A stretch of DNA of 64,000 bases from Candidatus Fraserbacteria bacterium (GTDB lineage: Bacteria; Bipolaricaulota; Bipolaricaulia; RBG-16-55-9; DRXL01): contig CAMTVK010000002.1 of assembly GCA_947085185.1 (NCBI GenBank), forward strand, positions 64,001 through 128,000, given 5' to 3'. This document shows, piece after piece, positions 17,740 to 28,260 of the stretch. Both the position numbers and the translations under genes were made by a program. The notes below the pieces were generated by a model that ran no database searches, was not told the origin of the DNA, and saw nothing but the letters and a program-made list of their open reading frames with translations. Position 1 is the first letter of the stretch. Each line of letters begins with the position of its first letter.

Positions 17740-18777
17740 TCACTCCGGAAGTAGCGAAGGCTGCTTGATCTTGCTCTTGTCGTAGGGCAAGCCGGCCTTC
17801 TGACGGATCGCTTGTTCGAGCTGCTCAGCGAGCTCCTTGTGCTCCTCAAGATACGCAGCGCTATGGAGAATCCCCTGCCCCAGCTGGGTCGTCCCGAACG
17901 AGAACCATGCGCCACTCTTTTTGATAATCCCCAGGTGTTCGCCTAACTTCAGGAGCTCGCGCGAGCGCGCGATCCCCTTCCCGTAAATAATATCAAAGCG
18001 CGCCTCCTTAAAGGGCGGAGCCAATTTGTTCTTGACCACTCGCACGAGCGTCTCACTGCCGATCTTCTCGTCGCCCTCTTCAATGGAGCCGACTCTCTTG
18101 ATCTCCATGCGCACGGACGTATAAAACTTCAGAGCGAGCCCCCCTGTGGTCGTCGTGGTCGGCCCCCAGCCCATCCCGGAGATCGTCTGACGGATTTGAT
18201 TGATAAAGACGACGGTCGTCTTCGACTGAGAGATCGCGGCGGCGAGCTTTCTCATGGCTTGGCTCATCAAGCGCGCTTGCAGGCCCACTTGGGCATCGCC
18301 CATCGCGCCTTCGATCTCGGCTTCGGGCACAAGCGCTGCTACCGAGTCAATCACGATAGCGTCAATCGCGCCGCTGCGCACCAAGTGCTCCGTGATCTCG
18401 AGCGCTTGCTCGCCGGAGTTGGGCTGGCTCAAGAGAATCTTGTCCAAATCTACGCCGATAGCCCGCGTGTACTGGGGATCGAGGGCATGCTCAGCATCAA
18501 TGAACGCTACTGTGCCCCCGAGCTTTTGCGCCTCTGCGATAATATGAAGGGCAAGGGTTGTCTTGCCGGAGGCCTCCGGGCCGAAGATCTCGACGATACG
18601 TCCGCGGGGGACACCCCCAATCCCAAGCGCAATATCGAGCGAGAGCGACCCAGTGGGAATCGTTTCGACTTCGAGCTGGGGTTGCTCCCCCAACCACATG
18701 ATCGACCCCTCGCCGTGCTTTCTCTTGATTTGGGCGAGGACGCTCTCCAGTACTTCACGCTTGCCCATATCGCTCAC
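17740..18777 (-). CDS. recA: Recombinase RecA
   Basis: [17 protein letters not shown] and [13 protein letters not shown] motifs. Confidence 0.98.
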   Translation of the reverse strand: MSDMGKREVLESVLAQIKRKHGEGSIMWLGEQPQLEVETIPTGSLSLDIALGIGGVPRGRIVEIFGPEASGKTTLALHIIAEAQKLGGTVAFIDAEHALDPQYTRAIGVDLDKILLSQPNSGEQALEITEHLVRSGAIDAIVIDSVAALVPEAEIEGAMGDAQVGLQARLMSQAMRKLAAAISQSKTTVVFINQIRQTISGMGWGPTTTTTGGLALKFYTSVRMEIKRVGSIEEGDEKIGSETLVRVVKNKLAPPFKEARFDIIYGKGIARSRELLKLGEHLGIIKKSGAWFSFGTTQLGQGILHSAAYLEEHKELAEQLEQAIRQKAGLPYDKSKIKQPSLLPE

Positions 18778-18817
18778 ATTTTATGGCGTGTGAGCGCGTT
18801 GGGCAACCCCGAAGATT

Positions 18818-19303
18818 TTAGAAATAGAAATGCAGTCCCAGGCCCGATGTCACGCCGCCTCTTGTGCCCCCTAGCCCAAAGATTCCGACCTCCCCGTTGA
18901 GGGCCACCCGGGGCGTCAGGCGTATCTCCAGTCCCACGAGCGCTTGCCACGGCGTGTAGAGCATCAACGCATCTTGTGGCGGCGCATACGCGAAGATCCC
19001 TACCCCAGCCCCAATATAGAGATCGGCGATCTCAAGGTTGATGACCTTGAAAAAGACGCGCGGGGTGAAGCTCAGCGCGCTGCCTACTACGAAAAAGTTC
19101 GCTTCAGCGCCGAAGAGATCAGAGATCCACAGCCGCACGCTCATCCCTGATGCAGGCAACGCCTGCGGCGGCGTCATGGGGAAGGTCAGCTGCATCCCCG
19201 TGCCAAAGCCATACTGATGCGATAAGTTCTCAAGAGCTGTGCTTGAGTATGCGCCGGCTATCACGATCAGGAGCGCAACGCTGCTCACTGTGAGAATCTT
19301 CAC
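18818..19303 (-). CDS. Small outer-membrane beta-barrel protein (putative)
   Basis: Signal peptide, amphipathic strands, C-terminal GLHFYF. Confidence 0.7.
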   Translation of the reverse strand: MKILTVSSVALLIVIAGAYSSTALENLSHQYGFGTGMQLTFPMTPPQALPASGMSVRLWISDLFGAEANFFVVGSALSFTPRVFFKVINLEIADLYIGAGVGIFAYAPPQDALMLYTPWQALVGLEIRLTPRVALNGEVGIFGLGGTRGGVTSGLGLHFYF

Positions 19304-19312
19304 GGTGTCCTC

Positions 19313-19804
19313 CTACTCTGCAGGCCGAGGCGAACGCACAAAGTAATAGTGTATGCCCAAGCTGACCGCTGGGGTGGCCCCAAAGCCGTTGGGCCCGAAG
19401 AAGAACGCCTCGCCAAACTCAAGATTGATCGCCAAGCTCGGCAGAATGCTCAGCTCCATGCCCCCTTTGAGCGCAACGTCCGCTACTCCTTCCACCCAGT
19501 AATCCCCAATGTGCAAGTTCGCCTCGAAGACCGCATAGAAGTCGAAGATCTCTGTATCTGCCAAGCGCAGCAGCACTTTCCCTGCAACGCACCCACTGGT
19601 GAAGCCCCTCATCGAGACTACAAATGCGTTGGCCTCTATCCCGAAGCCCTTGGTCAGCCAGAAGCGCATGCTGATCACACACGGAGCTTGCAGCCCAATC
19701 CCGACGGTGCGAAGCTGCGAAAGATTCTGTGTGGGCATCTCTTGAGCACCAAGGGGGATAGCAACTGCGCTCGCTGCCACCAAAAAAACTAGGAAACTTC
19801 TCAT
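19313..19804 (-). CDS. Small outer-membrane beta-barrel protein (putative paralog)
   Basis: Signal peptide, SMRFWL and GIHYYF segments; similar to its neighbour. Confidence 0.7.
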   Translation of the reverse strand: MRSFLVFLVAASAVAIPLGAQEMPTQNLSQLRTVGIGLQAPCVISMRFWLTKGFGIEANAFVVSMRGFTSGCVAGKVLLRLADTEIFDFYAVFEANLHIGDYWVEGVADVALKGGMELSILPSLAINLEFGEAFFFGPNGFGATPAVSLGIHYYFVRSPRPAE

Positions 19805-19933
19805 GCTCTCACCTCTTTGGGCACTGTACATGAAAGCGGTCAGTATCGTCAATGGCGCGTGGGGTATCCGTCTCCAGACACCGGTCACTCCCCCCTGGCG
19901 CGCGAGCGCTCAGATATGCTATAGTGAGGGCGC

Positions 19934-21487
19934 GTGAGAGGAATGGCTGCTCGGTATCTTCTGTATGGGGTGGTCGCGCTCACCCTGGTGACTGCGGTTT
20001 GGGTAGGGCTGCGACGCATGGCGTGGGATGCAGCGTATCACACTGTCGGCCTTGTCGTCCCCGCTCAAGAGCTCGACAGCACTCTTACTGAAGATGAGCT
20101 TCGTGATTATTTACAAGAACTTCGCGCGCAGGGCGTTGTTGCCCTCAGTGTGGAGCTTTCTGATTTTTCGGGGTGGGGCCTCAAGCGAGCGCCCTTCCCA
20201 AACTCTCAGGTTCTTCGGACCGCTCGCGATGTGGGGCTTGGGATAGCGCTCGTCGTTGACGCCGACTATGGGGAGAGACTCGCGCCGGAGCTCAGCCCGC
20301 AGTTTGTGATCATAATTTCCGAGAATGGGTCGAGCGTGCCCTCATGGGTGACGGCTCGCTTTGCTTCGGCTATGCTGGGAATACCCGAGTTCTCTGAGCC
20401 TTCAGGACTGGGTGAGCTCTATCGTCAGGGCTGGAGGAACTTCGTGCGCGTCCACGCGATCAAGTCTGCGGAGCTTGATCGTCTTGGGCTGGAGGGGGCG
20501 CTGGCGCGCTGGGAGCGCGCTGTGCAAGAGCGCACGATCAGACTCCTGTGGGTCACGGACCACAAAAAATTCCCTCAGTATATGGAGCGCTTGAGCCAAC
20601 GCATCAGGCAGCTGGGCATGGAGCTAGGGGAGCCGTCCGCGCCAGCGCCGTTTGAGAACTCGTATGCGGTCTATCTCATCGTAGGAGCCGGGTTTGTCAG
20701 TTTCAGCGCGCTCGTGCTCATGAGATCCTCCCAGCTCTCCGTACTATGGGTGTGCGTCGTGGTGCTCGCGTTGATGGGGGTATGGGATATAGAGCGTGCA
20801 CGTCAGATCCTTGCTCTGGCGATCGCTGCTCTTGCGCCATGGCTGGTGCTTCGCTGGGGCACGGAGAGATTTTTGGGGTGGAAGCTGCTTATGGCAGTAT
20901 CGGCCCTCTCAAGCTGTGCGGGGCTTGTCGTTGCGGCGCTGCTGAGTGATCTCTCGTATTTTTTGAAGCTCGCTGAGTTTCGCGGGGTGAAGCTCGCGCT
21001 CGTTGCGCCGACGATCTGTGTTGTGTGTGCGCAGTTTTATCGGTGGAGAGAGCTGGGCTGGAGCGCTCTGAGAGCGCCATGGCGATCTGGGGCGTGGCTC
21101 ATCTTCGCTGTGGGGATGGGAGCGATCTTTTTCGTGCTGGAGCGCAGCGGAAATCTCCCGATAATTCCCGTGGCGCGCTGGGAAGAGCTCCTGCGTGAGA
21201 GGCTCGAAGATTGGCTCCGTGCCCGCCCGCGCTTCAAAGAGTTTTTAGGTGGTCACCCGGCGCTCTTGCTTTGGCAAGGCGGCTCCAGTCTGTCCCAGGT
21301 CGGGTTCCTTGCGCTTGGCGCCCTGGGCCAAGCTTCCATCGTCAACACGTTCGTCCATCTGCACACACCGGTAGTGCTCTCGCTCTGGCGCACCTTCAAT
21401 GGCCTTGTGCTCGGGATGCTCGTGGGTCTCTTCTTGCGCTTGGTTCTTCTATGGATCAGACAATGGCGACGGCACGAAGCCTCGTGA
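19934..21487 (+). CDS. DUF5693-like membrane protein
   Basis: RAVQER, FRGVK, RPRFKEFL.GHP and SIVNTF.HLHTP motifs; precedes csaB. Confidence 0.8.
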   Translation: MRGMAARYLLYGVVALTLVTAVWVGLRRMAWDAAYHTVGLVVPAQELDSTLTEDELRDYLQELRAQGVVALSVELSDFSGWGLKRAPFPNSQVLRTARDVGLGIALVVDADYGERLAPELSPQFVIIISENGSSVPSWVTARFASAMLGIPEFSEPSGLGELYRQGWRNFVRVHAIKSAELDRLGLEGALARWERAVQERTIRLLWVTDHKKFPQYMERLSQRIRQLGMELGEPSAPAPFENSYAVYLIVGAGFVSFSALVLMRSSQLSVLWVCVVVLALMGVWDIERARQILALAIAALAPWLVLRWGTERFLGWKLLMAVSALSSCAGLVVAALLSDLSYFLKLAEFRGVKLALVAPTICVVCAQFYRWRELGWSALRAPWRSGAWLIFAVGMGAIFFVLERSGNLPIIPVARWEELLRERLEDWLRARPRFKEFLGGHPALLLWQGGSSLSQVGFLALGALGQASIVNTFVHLHTPVVLSLWRTFNGLVLGMLVGLFLRLVLLWIRQWRRHEAS

Positions 21488-22536
21488 TCGCGGGCTATTA
21501 CGGATTTGGCAACTGGGGCGACGAAGCTGCGCTCGCCGCGCTGATATATCATCTGCGCAAAGCCATGCCCTACGTACGGCTCATCGTGCTCTCGAACGAT
21601 CCTCAGCAGACGGCCCAGCTTCACGCTACGGAGGCCATCAACCGTTGGAATCCCTTCGAGATTCATCGGGCGCTTGTGTCCGCTGCGGGATTTCTCTTGG
21701 GGCCGGGCAGCCTCCTCCAAGACGTCACGAGCACCCGATCTCTCGTATATTATCTGGGTCTGCTGCGTTGGGCACAGGGCTATAATCTCCCCACATATCT
21801 GATTGGGCAGGGGATCGGACCGCTGCGCTCGCAGCGTTCCGAGCAGTGGACAGCCCGCACGATCCAGCGAGCGCGGCTTGTCCTTGTGCGCGACCGACTG
21901 AGCTATCAATGGGCCACAGCTCACCGTGCTCACGCCATGCTTGGAGAAGATTTAGCTTTGCTTATGCCCCTCCCCGATGATCCCTTCTTCCTCAGGGGAA
22001 GAGCTGGGTCTCTTGGGCTTTCCTTGCGTCCCGGGCTCTCTGCAACCAATATTGCTGTGCTGCGTCGAGTGCTCCGTGCGCTCTCTAAGAAGAATTTTGA
22101 GTGCATCTTCTTGCCGTTTCAAGCCGACCAGGACCTCGCTGTGCTGAGGGAGCTTGGCCTTGCTATGCCCATCGTTGAGGCGCATCGGCCCCATGATCTT
22201 CTTGCTGCTGTGCGCGGCGTAGATATGGTACTGGGGATGCGCTTGCACAGCTTAGTCTTTGCGCTCATGAGCGATCTGCCGTTGTGTGCGCTCAGCTACG
22301 ATCCCAAGATAGAGAGTTTTCTGCATCGGGTCGAGAGTCTCTGTGGGCATCGTCTCCCGTGGTGGAATGCTGCAGAGGTGCTCGACGAAGACGCAATCGT
22401 GCAGGAGATTTGTGAGACTTACGCGAAGCGAGTTGAGCTGCGGGAGCGCCTGCAGCAAGCGCGGACGACTCTCCAAAAAGCAGCCCAGACGTCTCTTGAG
22501 AGGGCGATAGACACTCTTACAGTTGACTTAGCGTAA
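21451..22536 (+). CDS. csaB: Polysaccharide pyruvyl transferase
   Basis: GYYGFGNWGDEA, SLLQDVTS, GQGIGPL and MRLHS motifs. Confidence 0.9.
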   Translation: MDQTMATARSLVIAGYYGFGNWGDEAALAALIYHLRKAMPYVRLIVLSNDPQQTAQLHATEAINRWNPFEIHRALVSAAGFLLGPGSLLQDVTSTRSLVYYLGLLRWAQGYNLPTYLIGQGIGPLRSQRSEQWTARTIQRARLVLVRDRLSYQWATAHRAHAMLGEDLALLMPLPDDPFFLRGRAGSLGLSLRPGLSATNIAVLRRVLRALSKKNFECIFLPFQADQDLAVLRELGLAMPIVEAHRPHDLLAAVRGVDMVLGMRLHSLVFALMSDLPLCALSYDPKIESFLHRVESLCGHRLPWWNAAEVLDEDAIVQEICETYAKRVELRERLQQARTTLQKAAQTSLERAIDTLTVDLA

Positions 22537-22567
22537 GCGCCCTAGAAATCCCGGTGCGCGCGCGGCG

Positions 22568-22714
22568 CTAGCGCCGCGCGTATCTGCCCATAAGTTCTGC
22601 TTGGGCGAGGATATGCCCTTCTATTGCCTTCAGGAGTTCGTCTTTGCTCGCCCCCGACGCGAGCGTCAGGACCGTATCGAGCGCGTAGAGTTTGAAGGAA
22701 TAGCGATGGGTGCC
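22568..22714 (-). pseudogene. C-terminal fragment of a YbhB/YbcL (PEBP) protein
   Basis: GTHRYSFKLYALD...GHILAQAELMGRY; no N-terminal part and no start codon. Confidence 0.75.
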
Positions 22715-22727
22715 GCAATTATATATC

Positions 22728-23504
22728 TCACGGCTGTGACTGGGTGCTGAGGAAGATCTCGGTGGCGGTGACGGCGACGGCGATCGCGTTCCGCTCAGCT
22801 TTCTCAAGATTCTCTGGACTGATGGTTTCGTGCGTAGGCGTGTCCACGACGCCACAGACGCATCCGGCGCGCAGTCCCAAGGCACTGCACATTGTCAACA
22901 GAGTCGCGGCCTCCATCTCGTAATTGAGCACGCCCAAGCGCTGCCATTCGCTCTTGGTCCCGCGCAAGTCTCTGATTCTATATTGACTGAACGAGTCTGA
23001 GCGCTCTTGGCCGGGATAGAACGTCGCTGACGAGCACGTGATGCCAACACGATAGGGGATCTTAAGTATTTGGGCAGCTTGGGCGAGCGCCCATACGAGC
23101 TCATAATCAGCGACAGCTGGGTATTCTATCGGCGCATAGTGCGCCGAAGCGCCGTCGAGTCGGACTGCCCCCGTCGTGATAACGACGTCGCCGATATTCA
23201 GAGAAGACTGAATGGCGCCGCTTGTCCCGACGCGCATGAACGTGCGCACACCAAGGAGGGCAAGCTCTTCGACGGCGATCGCTGTGGAGGGCCCGCCGAT
23301 CCCCGTCGACGTGATCACGATGGGAATTTCTCTAATATATCCCAGCCAGGTGCAGAACTCCCGATGAGATGTGAGCAAGCGTGCTTGTTCGATGGGGCTT
23401 GTCGTAGCGATCTTCTCTACTCGTGCGGGATCGCCGGGGAGGAGGGCAATCTGCGCCCCCAGAATTTCTTGGTCACTCAAGCTAACATGGTAGACGCGTG
23501 GCAT
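22728..23504 (-). CDS. udp: Uridine phosphorylase
   Basis: LPGDPARV, STGIGGPS, RVGTSG and NYEME motifs; SD GGAGG. Confidence 0.93.
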   Translation of the reverse strand: MPRVYHVSLSDQEILGAQIALLPGDPARVEKIATTSPIEQARLLTSHREFCTWLGYIREIPIVITSTGIGGPSTAIAVEELALLGVRTFMRVGTSGAIQSSLNIGDVVITTGAVRLDGASAHYAPIEYPAVADYELVWALAQAAQILKIPYRVGITCSSATFYPGQERSDSFSQYRIRDLRGTKSEWQRLGVLNYEMEAATLLTMCSALGLRAGCVCGVVDTPTHETISPENLEKAERNAIAVAVTATEIFLSTQSQP

Positions 23505-23533
23505 AGCTCCTCCTCCCCGTGACGATCTGTCTA

Positions 23534-23818
23534 TTATCGACCTTTGGAGACGAGCTGCTTGAACTTGCGGCCGGCTTTGAACTTGGGCACGCGCTTGGCC
23601 GGGACGTCTATGGGCTGGCGCGTCCGGGGATTGAAGCGGCGCGCCGCCTTGCGCACCACTGGCTGGAAGGTGCCAAACCGCGCCAACGTCACCGAATCCC
23701 CACGAGCGACTGCCTCCATAATAGCGTTCAGGGCCGCCTCGAGAGCGCGCTTGCCCGCAGCCTTCGAGGGCAACTTCGCCTGCGCTGTGATCAGCTCCAC
23801 CAGATCGTTCTTGTTCAT
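23534..23818 (-). CDS. hup: HU DNA-binding protein
   Basis: MNKNDLV, FGTF and NPRT...VPKFKAG motifs. Confidence 0.93.
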   Translation of the reverse strand: MNKNDLVELITAQAKLPSKAAGKRALEAALNAIMEAVARGDSVTLARFGTFQPVVRKAARRFNPRTRQPIDVPAKRVPKFKAGRKFKQLVSKGR

Positions 23819-23924
23819 CTGTTTTCACCCCCTCTCTCTTTGCTTATAGTGGCTTACTATTATAAACGATCCCTGGGACGATTGGCCAATTGCTCTCTTT
23901 CCGAAGGACGGGTATACTGACACT

Positions 23925-24923
23925 ATGGCACGTGTGCAATACGTCACCGATCTGGAAGGCCCGCTCACCCTCAACGACAACGCGTTCGAGCTGGCTGAGC
24001 GCTTCCTCCCCGACGGTGCGCACTTCTTTGCTCTTATCAGCACATACGACGACGTCTTGGCCGATATCATGAAGCGCGCGGGCTATAGAGCCGGCAATAC
24101 GCTCAAGCTTATTGTGCCGTTTCTCCTGGCATTTGGTCTGCGTGACCGCGATCTCAAAGCTTTCTCTCTTGAGAGCATAAAACTCGTCCCTGGCGCTCGC
24201 GAAGCGGTGCAGCGCATATTCTCACAGATGCCCATATTTATCATTAGCGCGAGCTATGAGCCCTATGTGCGCGCCGCCTGTGAGACCCTCGATCTTCCCT
24301 GTGAGAACACGTACTGCACGAAATTATCTCTGGACGCTTATGTGCTTTCGCAGCGGGAGCGCCAAGAACTGCTCACTCTTTACGATCAGATCGTCCGGCG
24401 CCCTCAGATCCAGATTCCCACAAACGCGCAAAGCCTTGAGGAGCTCTCTCCGCAAGCTCGTAAGACCGTTGAGTTTCTCGATAGTATCTTTTGGGGGCGT
24501 CTTCTGACGATGGGAGTCGGAAGAGTCTTTTCTGAGATTGAGCCTGTCGGCGGCCCAGAGAAAGCCCGCGCCCTGCACCAGATCGCCCAACACACTAAAA
24601 TTTCTCTCGCCCAGACGATCTATGTCGGCGACAGCATCACTGATGTAGAAGCGTTAGCGCTTGTCCGTCAAGGGGGAGGCCTGTCTGTGGCATTCAATGG
24701 GAATCGCTATGCGCTCAGGGTAGCCGAGCTCGGGTGCATCAGTGTGGATGCGCTCGTTTTGGCGGAGATCGCCACAGAATTTGCTCGAGGTGGGCGCGAG
24801 CACGTGCGTGCTTATCGCCCTAAGAGAGCGGAACTCACAGCACATATAGACGACGCGTTTATTGCGCGCAGCGAGCAGATGCGCCGCCGCTTGCGCGGCC
24901 AAGATATTGGGAGTTTAGGATGA
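23925..24923 (+). CDS. HAD-superfamily hydrolase (COG4030/EhaR-like)
   Basis: TDLEGP motif I, ISASY, YVGDSITD and FNGN.YA motifs. Confidence 0.75.
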   Translation: MARVQYVTDLEGPLTLNDNAFELAERFLPDGAHFFALISTYDDVLADIMKRAGYRAGNTLKLIVPFLLAFGLRDRDLKAFSLESIKLVPGAREAVQRIFSQMPIFIISASYEPYVRAACETLDLPCENTYCTKLSLDAYVLSQRERQELLTLYDQIVRRPQIQIPTNAQSLEELSPQARKTVEFLDSIFWGRLLTMGVGRVFSEIEPVGGPEKARALHQIAQHTKISLAQTIYVGDSITDVEALALVRQGGGLSVAFNGNRYALRVAELGCISVDALVLAEIATEFARGGREHVRAYRPKRAELTAHIDDAFIARSEQMRRRLRGQDIGSLG

Positions 24924-25831
24924 AACGCTTTCAGTTTGGGATTCTCACGTCACTGTATGACGACGACGCTGTGGCGCTCTTGCGAGATCTCCAGAGCGCT
25001 CTGGAGTCCGGACAGATTAGCGCTGAAGTACCGTGTGTGGTCTGCAACGTTCCAGAGTACCCCACGGACAGAGAGCTGGCGCGGCGCATCGAAGCCGTCA
25101 AGCAGCTCAAATCTCTCAATACAGTGATCTTTTTCCCGTCGCGGGAGTTTCAGAAAGACCTGCGCGAGCGGGCTCGTCAAGACCCAAAGCTCTTAGATCG
25201 CTGGCGCGCCGAGCACGACCGGGCCCTTCTGCAACTCTTGCCCAAATCCGTCACTCTCTATCTCTCTGTAGGGTATATGCAAATTCTCAGCGCTGAGCTT
25301 GTGAACACCCTCGATGTGCTCAATCTCCACCCGGCGATTCCCCAGATTGGCCCCATCGGGATGTGGCCCAAAGTGATGGAGGAGCAAGCCCTGCGTCCTC
25401 TGCCCTATCTGATGGCTGTGCCCCAAGAGCGGCTCGCTCAAGAGATCTCCCAGATTATGAATATAAGCTATCTCAAAGCTGGGGGGATGCTGCACATAGC
25501 GACGGAGCAAACAGATCGCGGGCCGGTCATCTCTTGGTATGAGTTTCCGCTCAGCTCTGAAAGACTGACAGAGCTGTGGCTTGCAGTGGCGGCGCGTGTG
25601 CGCTCGCAGGGTCTTGAGCGCGTCCGGCGCGAGCCTATCTGGAAGGAGCTTGTCCATCAGATTCGTCGGGAGCAATTTCAGTATGAGACGCCGCTCGTTG
25701 TGCTCACGCTGGCGAAGCTCTCCCAAGGGGCTTGGGAGATCAGAGAGAAGACTCTCTATATTCAAGGGAACCCCTTCCCCAGCGGCTACTGCCTCAATCG
25801 CGAGGTTGGGGTTATCCGCCCTCCCAGCTGA
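24920..25831 (+). CDS. Divergent PurN-like formyltransferase
   Basis: LNLHPA and LH.ATEQTDRGP motifs; lacks the SGxGSN loop. Confidence 0.7.
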   Translation: MKRFQFGILTSLYDDDAVALLRDLQSALESGQISAEVPCVVCNVPEYPTDRELARRIEAVKQLKSLNTVIFFPSREFQKDLRERARQDPKLLDRWRAEHDRALLQLLPKSVTLYLSVGYMQILSAELVNTLDVLNLHPAIPQIGPIGMWPKVMEEQALRPLPYLMAVPQERLAQEISQIMNISYLKAGGMLHIATEQTDRGPVISWYEFPLSSERLTELWLAVAARVRSQGLERVRREPIWKELVHQIRREQFQYETPLVVLTLAKLSQGAWEIREKTLYIQGNPFPSGYCLNREVGVIRPPS

Positions 25832-26688
25832 GCGAGAGCCTGCCGCGCAAGCTGGGCCCCCAGCTCCGCACACCTTTGCAAGTCTAATTCTTCAAAGAGC
25901 CCATAGAGAAAGCCCGCAGCGAACGCATCTCCCGCGCCGGTCGTGTCGAGCACCCTCTTCACCCGTGGCGCTTCTATTCTGTGGGCGTGCTTGCCGTCGG
26001 TGACATAGCTGCCCTCTGCTCCAAGCGTCACCACGATAATATGCGGACCGACTTTGAGCAGCGTGCGCGTCCCCACAGAAAGATCATCGGTGTGCGTCAG
26101 GAGCTCGAACTCGCGACGATTGAGAAAGAGCACATGCGTTCTCTTCAGAACCGGGAAGAGCACGCGCACCCCCCGGCGCGCCAGCAACGCCCCCGGCGCA
26201 AAACTCACCAAAGTCTTTGGGGAGAGCGCGCGCACCAGCTCACACTGCACGGCCCATTGCTCTTGCCCCACAAACGACGTCATGTGCACCCACCGGGCGC
26301 GCGCCACGTAACTGAGATCTATGTCGGCCTTGCGCAAGAGATTATTGGCCCCCGGCTCAATATAGAGCGTGCGCCTGCCATGCGCGTCTATGAACCCCAA
26401 CGCGCGCCCGGTCTTGGCTTTAGGCTTGATGACGATCCCCGACGTGTCCACCCCCACGCTCTGGAAGCTTTCTAAGAGAATTCTCCCGGCGTCGTCTGAG
26501 CCCACGGCCCCAAGAAACCCCGTGCGCAGCCCCAACTGCGCCAACGCATAGATCGTATTCGCTGCCGAGCCCCCCGGATACGCCCCAACAAACACGACCT
26601 CGCCCTCTTCGTCATCGAGCAGACGCGCCACACGATAGAGCTCATCGAGATTGAGCGCTCCAAACCCGACGATATCAAACGCGCGCAT
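25786..26688 (-). CDS. PfkB-family carbohydrate/nucleoside kinase
   Basis: GGSAAN, VTLGAEG and DTTGAGDAF motifs. Confidence 0.92.
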   Translation of the reverse strand: MRAFDIVGFGALNLDELYRVARLLDDEEGEVVFVGAYPGGSAANTIYALAQLGLRTGFLGAVGSDDAGRILLESFQSVGVDTSGIVIKPKAKTGRALGFIDAHGRRTLYIEPGANNLLRKADIDLSYVARARWVHMTSFVGQEQWAVQCELVRALSPKTLVSFAPGALLARRGVRVLFPVLKRTHVLFLNRREFELLTHTDDLSVGTRTLLKVGPHIIVVTLGAEGSYVTDGKHAHRIEAPRVKRVLDTTGAGDAFAAGFLYGLFEELDLQRCAELGAQLARQALAQLGGRITPTSRLRQ

Positions 26689-26745
26689 TTTTTTATTATA
26701 CACACTTTGACAAGGTGCGCCGACGTCCGGTAAGCTCTACACTGT

Positions 26746-28260
26746 ATGAGAGCGTTGCTTTCCGTGAGCGATAAGACCAATCTCGAGAAGCTCGCGCACG
26801 GGCTTGTGGAACTAGGCTGGGAGCTCATCTCCAGCGGGGGCACGGCACAGTTTCTCCAAGAGCGAGAGATTCCGGTCACGCCCATCGAGTCTGTGACGGG
26901 ATTTCCCGAGATCTTGCGCGGGCGCGTCAAGACCCTCCACCCGAAAATATTCGGCGGAATCCTCGCCCTGCGAGATGACCCACAGCACGAACGCGAGCTG
27001 GTCGCCCACGCGATCCACAAGATAGACTTGGTCTGCGTCAATTTCTATCCGTTCGTGGAAGCTGCCAAGAAGCCCAATCTGACCGAAGCGCAGCTCATTG
27101 AAGAGATCGACATTGGTGGGCCGTCGCTGGTGCGGGCAGCAGCGAAAAACTTTCCGCACGTCCTGGTGCTGACCGATCCGGCAGATTATGAGAATCTCTT
27201 AGAAGAGCTGCGTCAAGGGGCCGTCTCGGAGCAAACTCGACGACGCTTGGCGCTCAAAGCGCTCGCGAAAGTCGCCGAACTCGATATCGCGATCTATCAG
27301 ACGTTGCAAGAGCGCTGGGCCCTCACGGCAGAAAAACTCTTCTTGGCATACACCAAAACCCAAGAGCTGCGCTACGGCGAGAACCCCCATCAGAAAGCGA
27401 TACTCTATCAGAACGCGCTCGCCCCAGGGCTGACAGCTCACCTCGAAGCCTTGTGGGGCAAGGAGCTCTCGTATAATAATTGGCTCGACACAGAATCAGC
27501 GCTGGCGCTTCTGAGCGAATTGGCTCCCCCCGCGTGCGTGATTATTAAACACAATACTCCGTGTGGAGTTGCGCGAGGGAAGACGCTTCTTGAAGCCTAC
27601 GAGCGCGCCTTAGAGTGCGATCCCATCTCGGCGTTTGGCGGGATCGTCGCGCTTAACCAAGACGTAGACAAAAAGCTCGCCGAAAAGCTTAACGAACTAT
27701 TCTTGGAGATTATCGTCGCGCCAGAGTTCGCGCCCGACGCGCTGCCCATCTTGCAGCAGAAGAGAGACCGTCGGCTCTTGCGATATAGAGACCTGCGCTT
27801 CCCCAAGGAGAGTCTGCGCTTTCTTTCCGGGGACTTGCTCGTCCAAGATGCAGACGCTATCGTCGTCCAAGAGAGCAGTTGGAAGGTGCTCGATAACGCG
27901 GCGCTTTCAGAGTCAGAGAGGCGTGATCTGGTTTTTGCGTTCACCGTGTGCAAGCACGTCAAATCGAACGCGATTGTCGTGGCCAAAGACGAAGCGACCC
28001 TGGGGATTGGGGCGGGGCAGACCAACAGAGTTGGCTCGGCCAAGATCGCCCTGGCGCAAGCGGGAGAGAAGGCGCGCGGTGCAGTGCTTGCATCTGACGG
28101 GTTCTTCCCATTCCCCGACACGGTCGAGTTGGCGGCACAGTACGGAATAGCCGCGATCATTCAGCCGGGCGGCTCGGTGCGCGATGACGCAGTCTTTGCA
28201 GGCGCCAGAAAGCACAAGATCAAGATGGTATTGACGGGGGTGCGGCATTTTCGCCATTGA
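26746..28260 (+). CDS. purH: Bifunctional AICAR transformylase/IMP cyclohydrolase
   Basis: [24 protein letters not shown] and GVRHFRH motifs. Confidence 0.97.
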   Translation: MRALLSVSDKTNLEKLAHGLVELGWELISSGGTAQFLQEREIPVTPIESVTGFPEILRGRVKTLHPKIFGGILALRDDPQHERELVAHAIHKIDLVCVNFYPFVEAAKKPNLTEAQLIEEIDIGGPSLVRAAAKNFPHVLVLTDPADYENLLEELRQGAVSEQTRRRLALKALAKVAELDIAIYQTLQERWALTAEKLFLAYTKTQELRYGENPHQKAILYQNALAPGLTAHLEALWGKELSYNNWLDTESALALLSELAPPACVIIKHNTPCGVARGKTLLEAYERALECDPISAFGGIVALNQDVDKKLAEKLNELFLEIIVAPEFAPDALPILQQKRDRRLLRYRDLRFPKESLRFLSGDLLVQDADAIVVQESSWKVLDNAALSESERRDLVFAFTVCKHVKSNAIVVAKDEATLGIGAGQTNRVGSAKIALAQAGEKARGAVLASDGFFPFPDTVELAAQYGIAAIIQPGGSVRDDAVFAGARKHKIKMVLTGVRHFRH

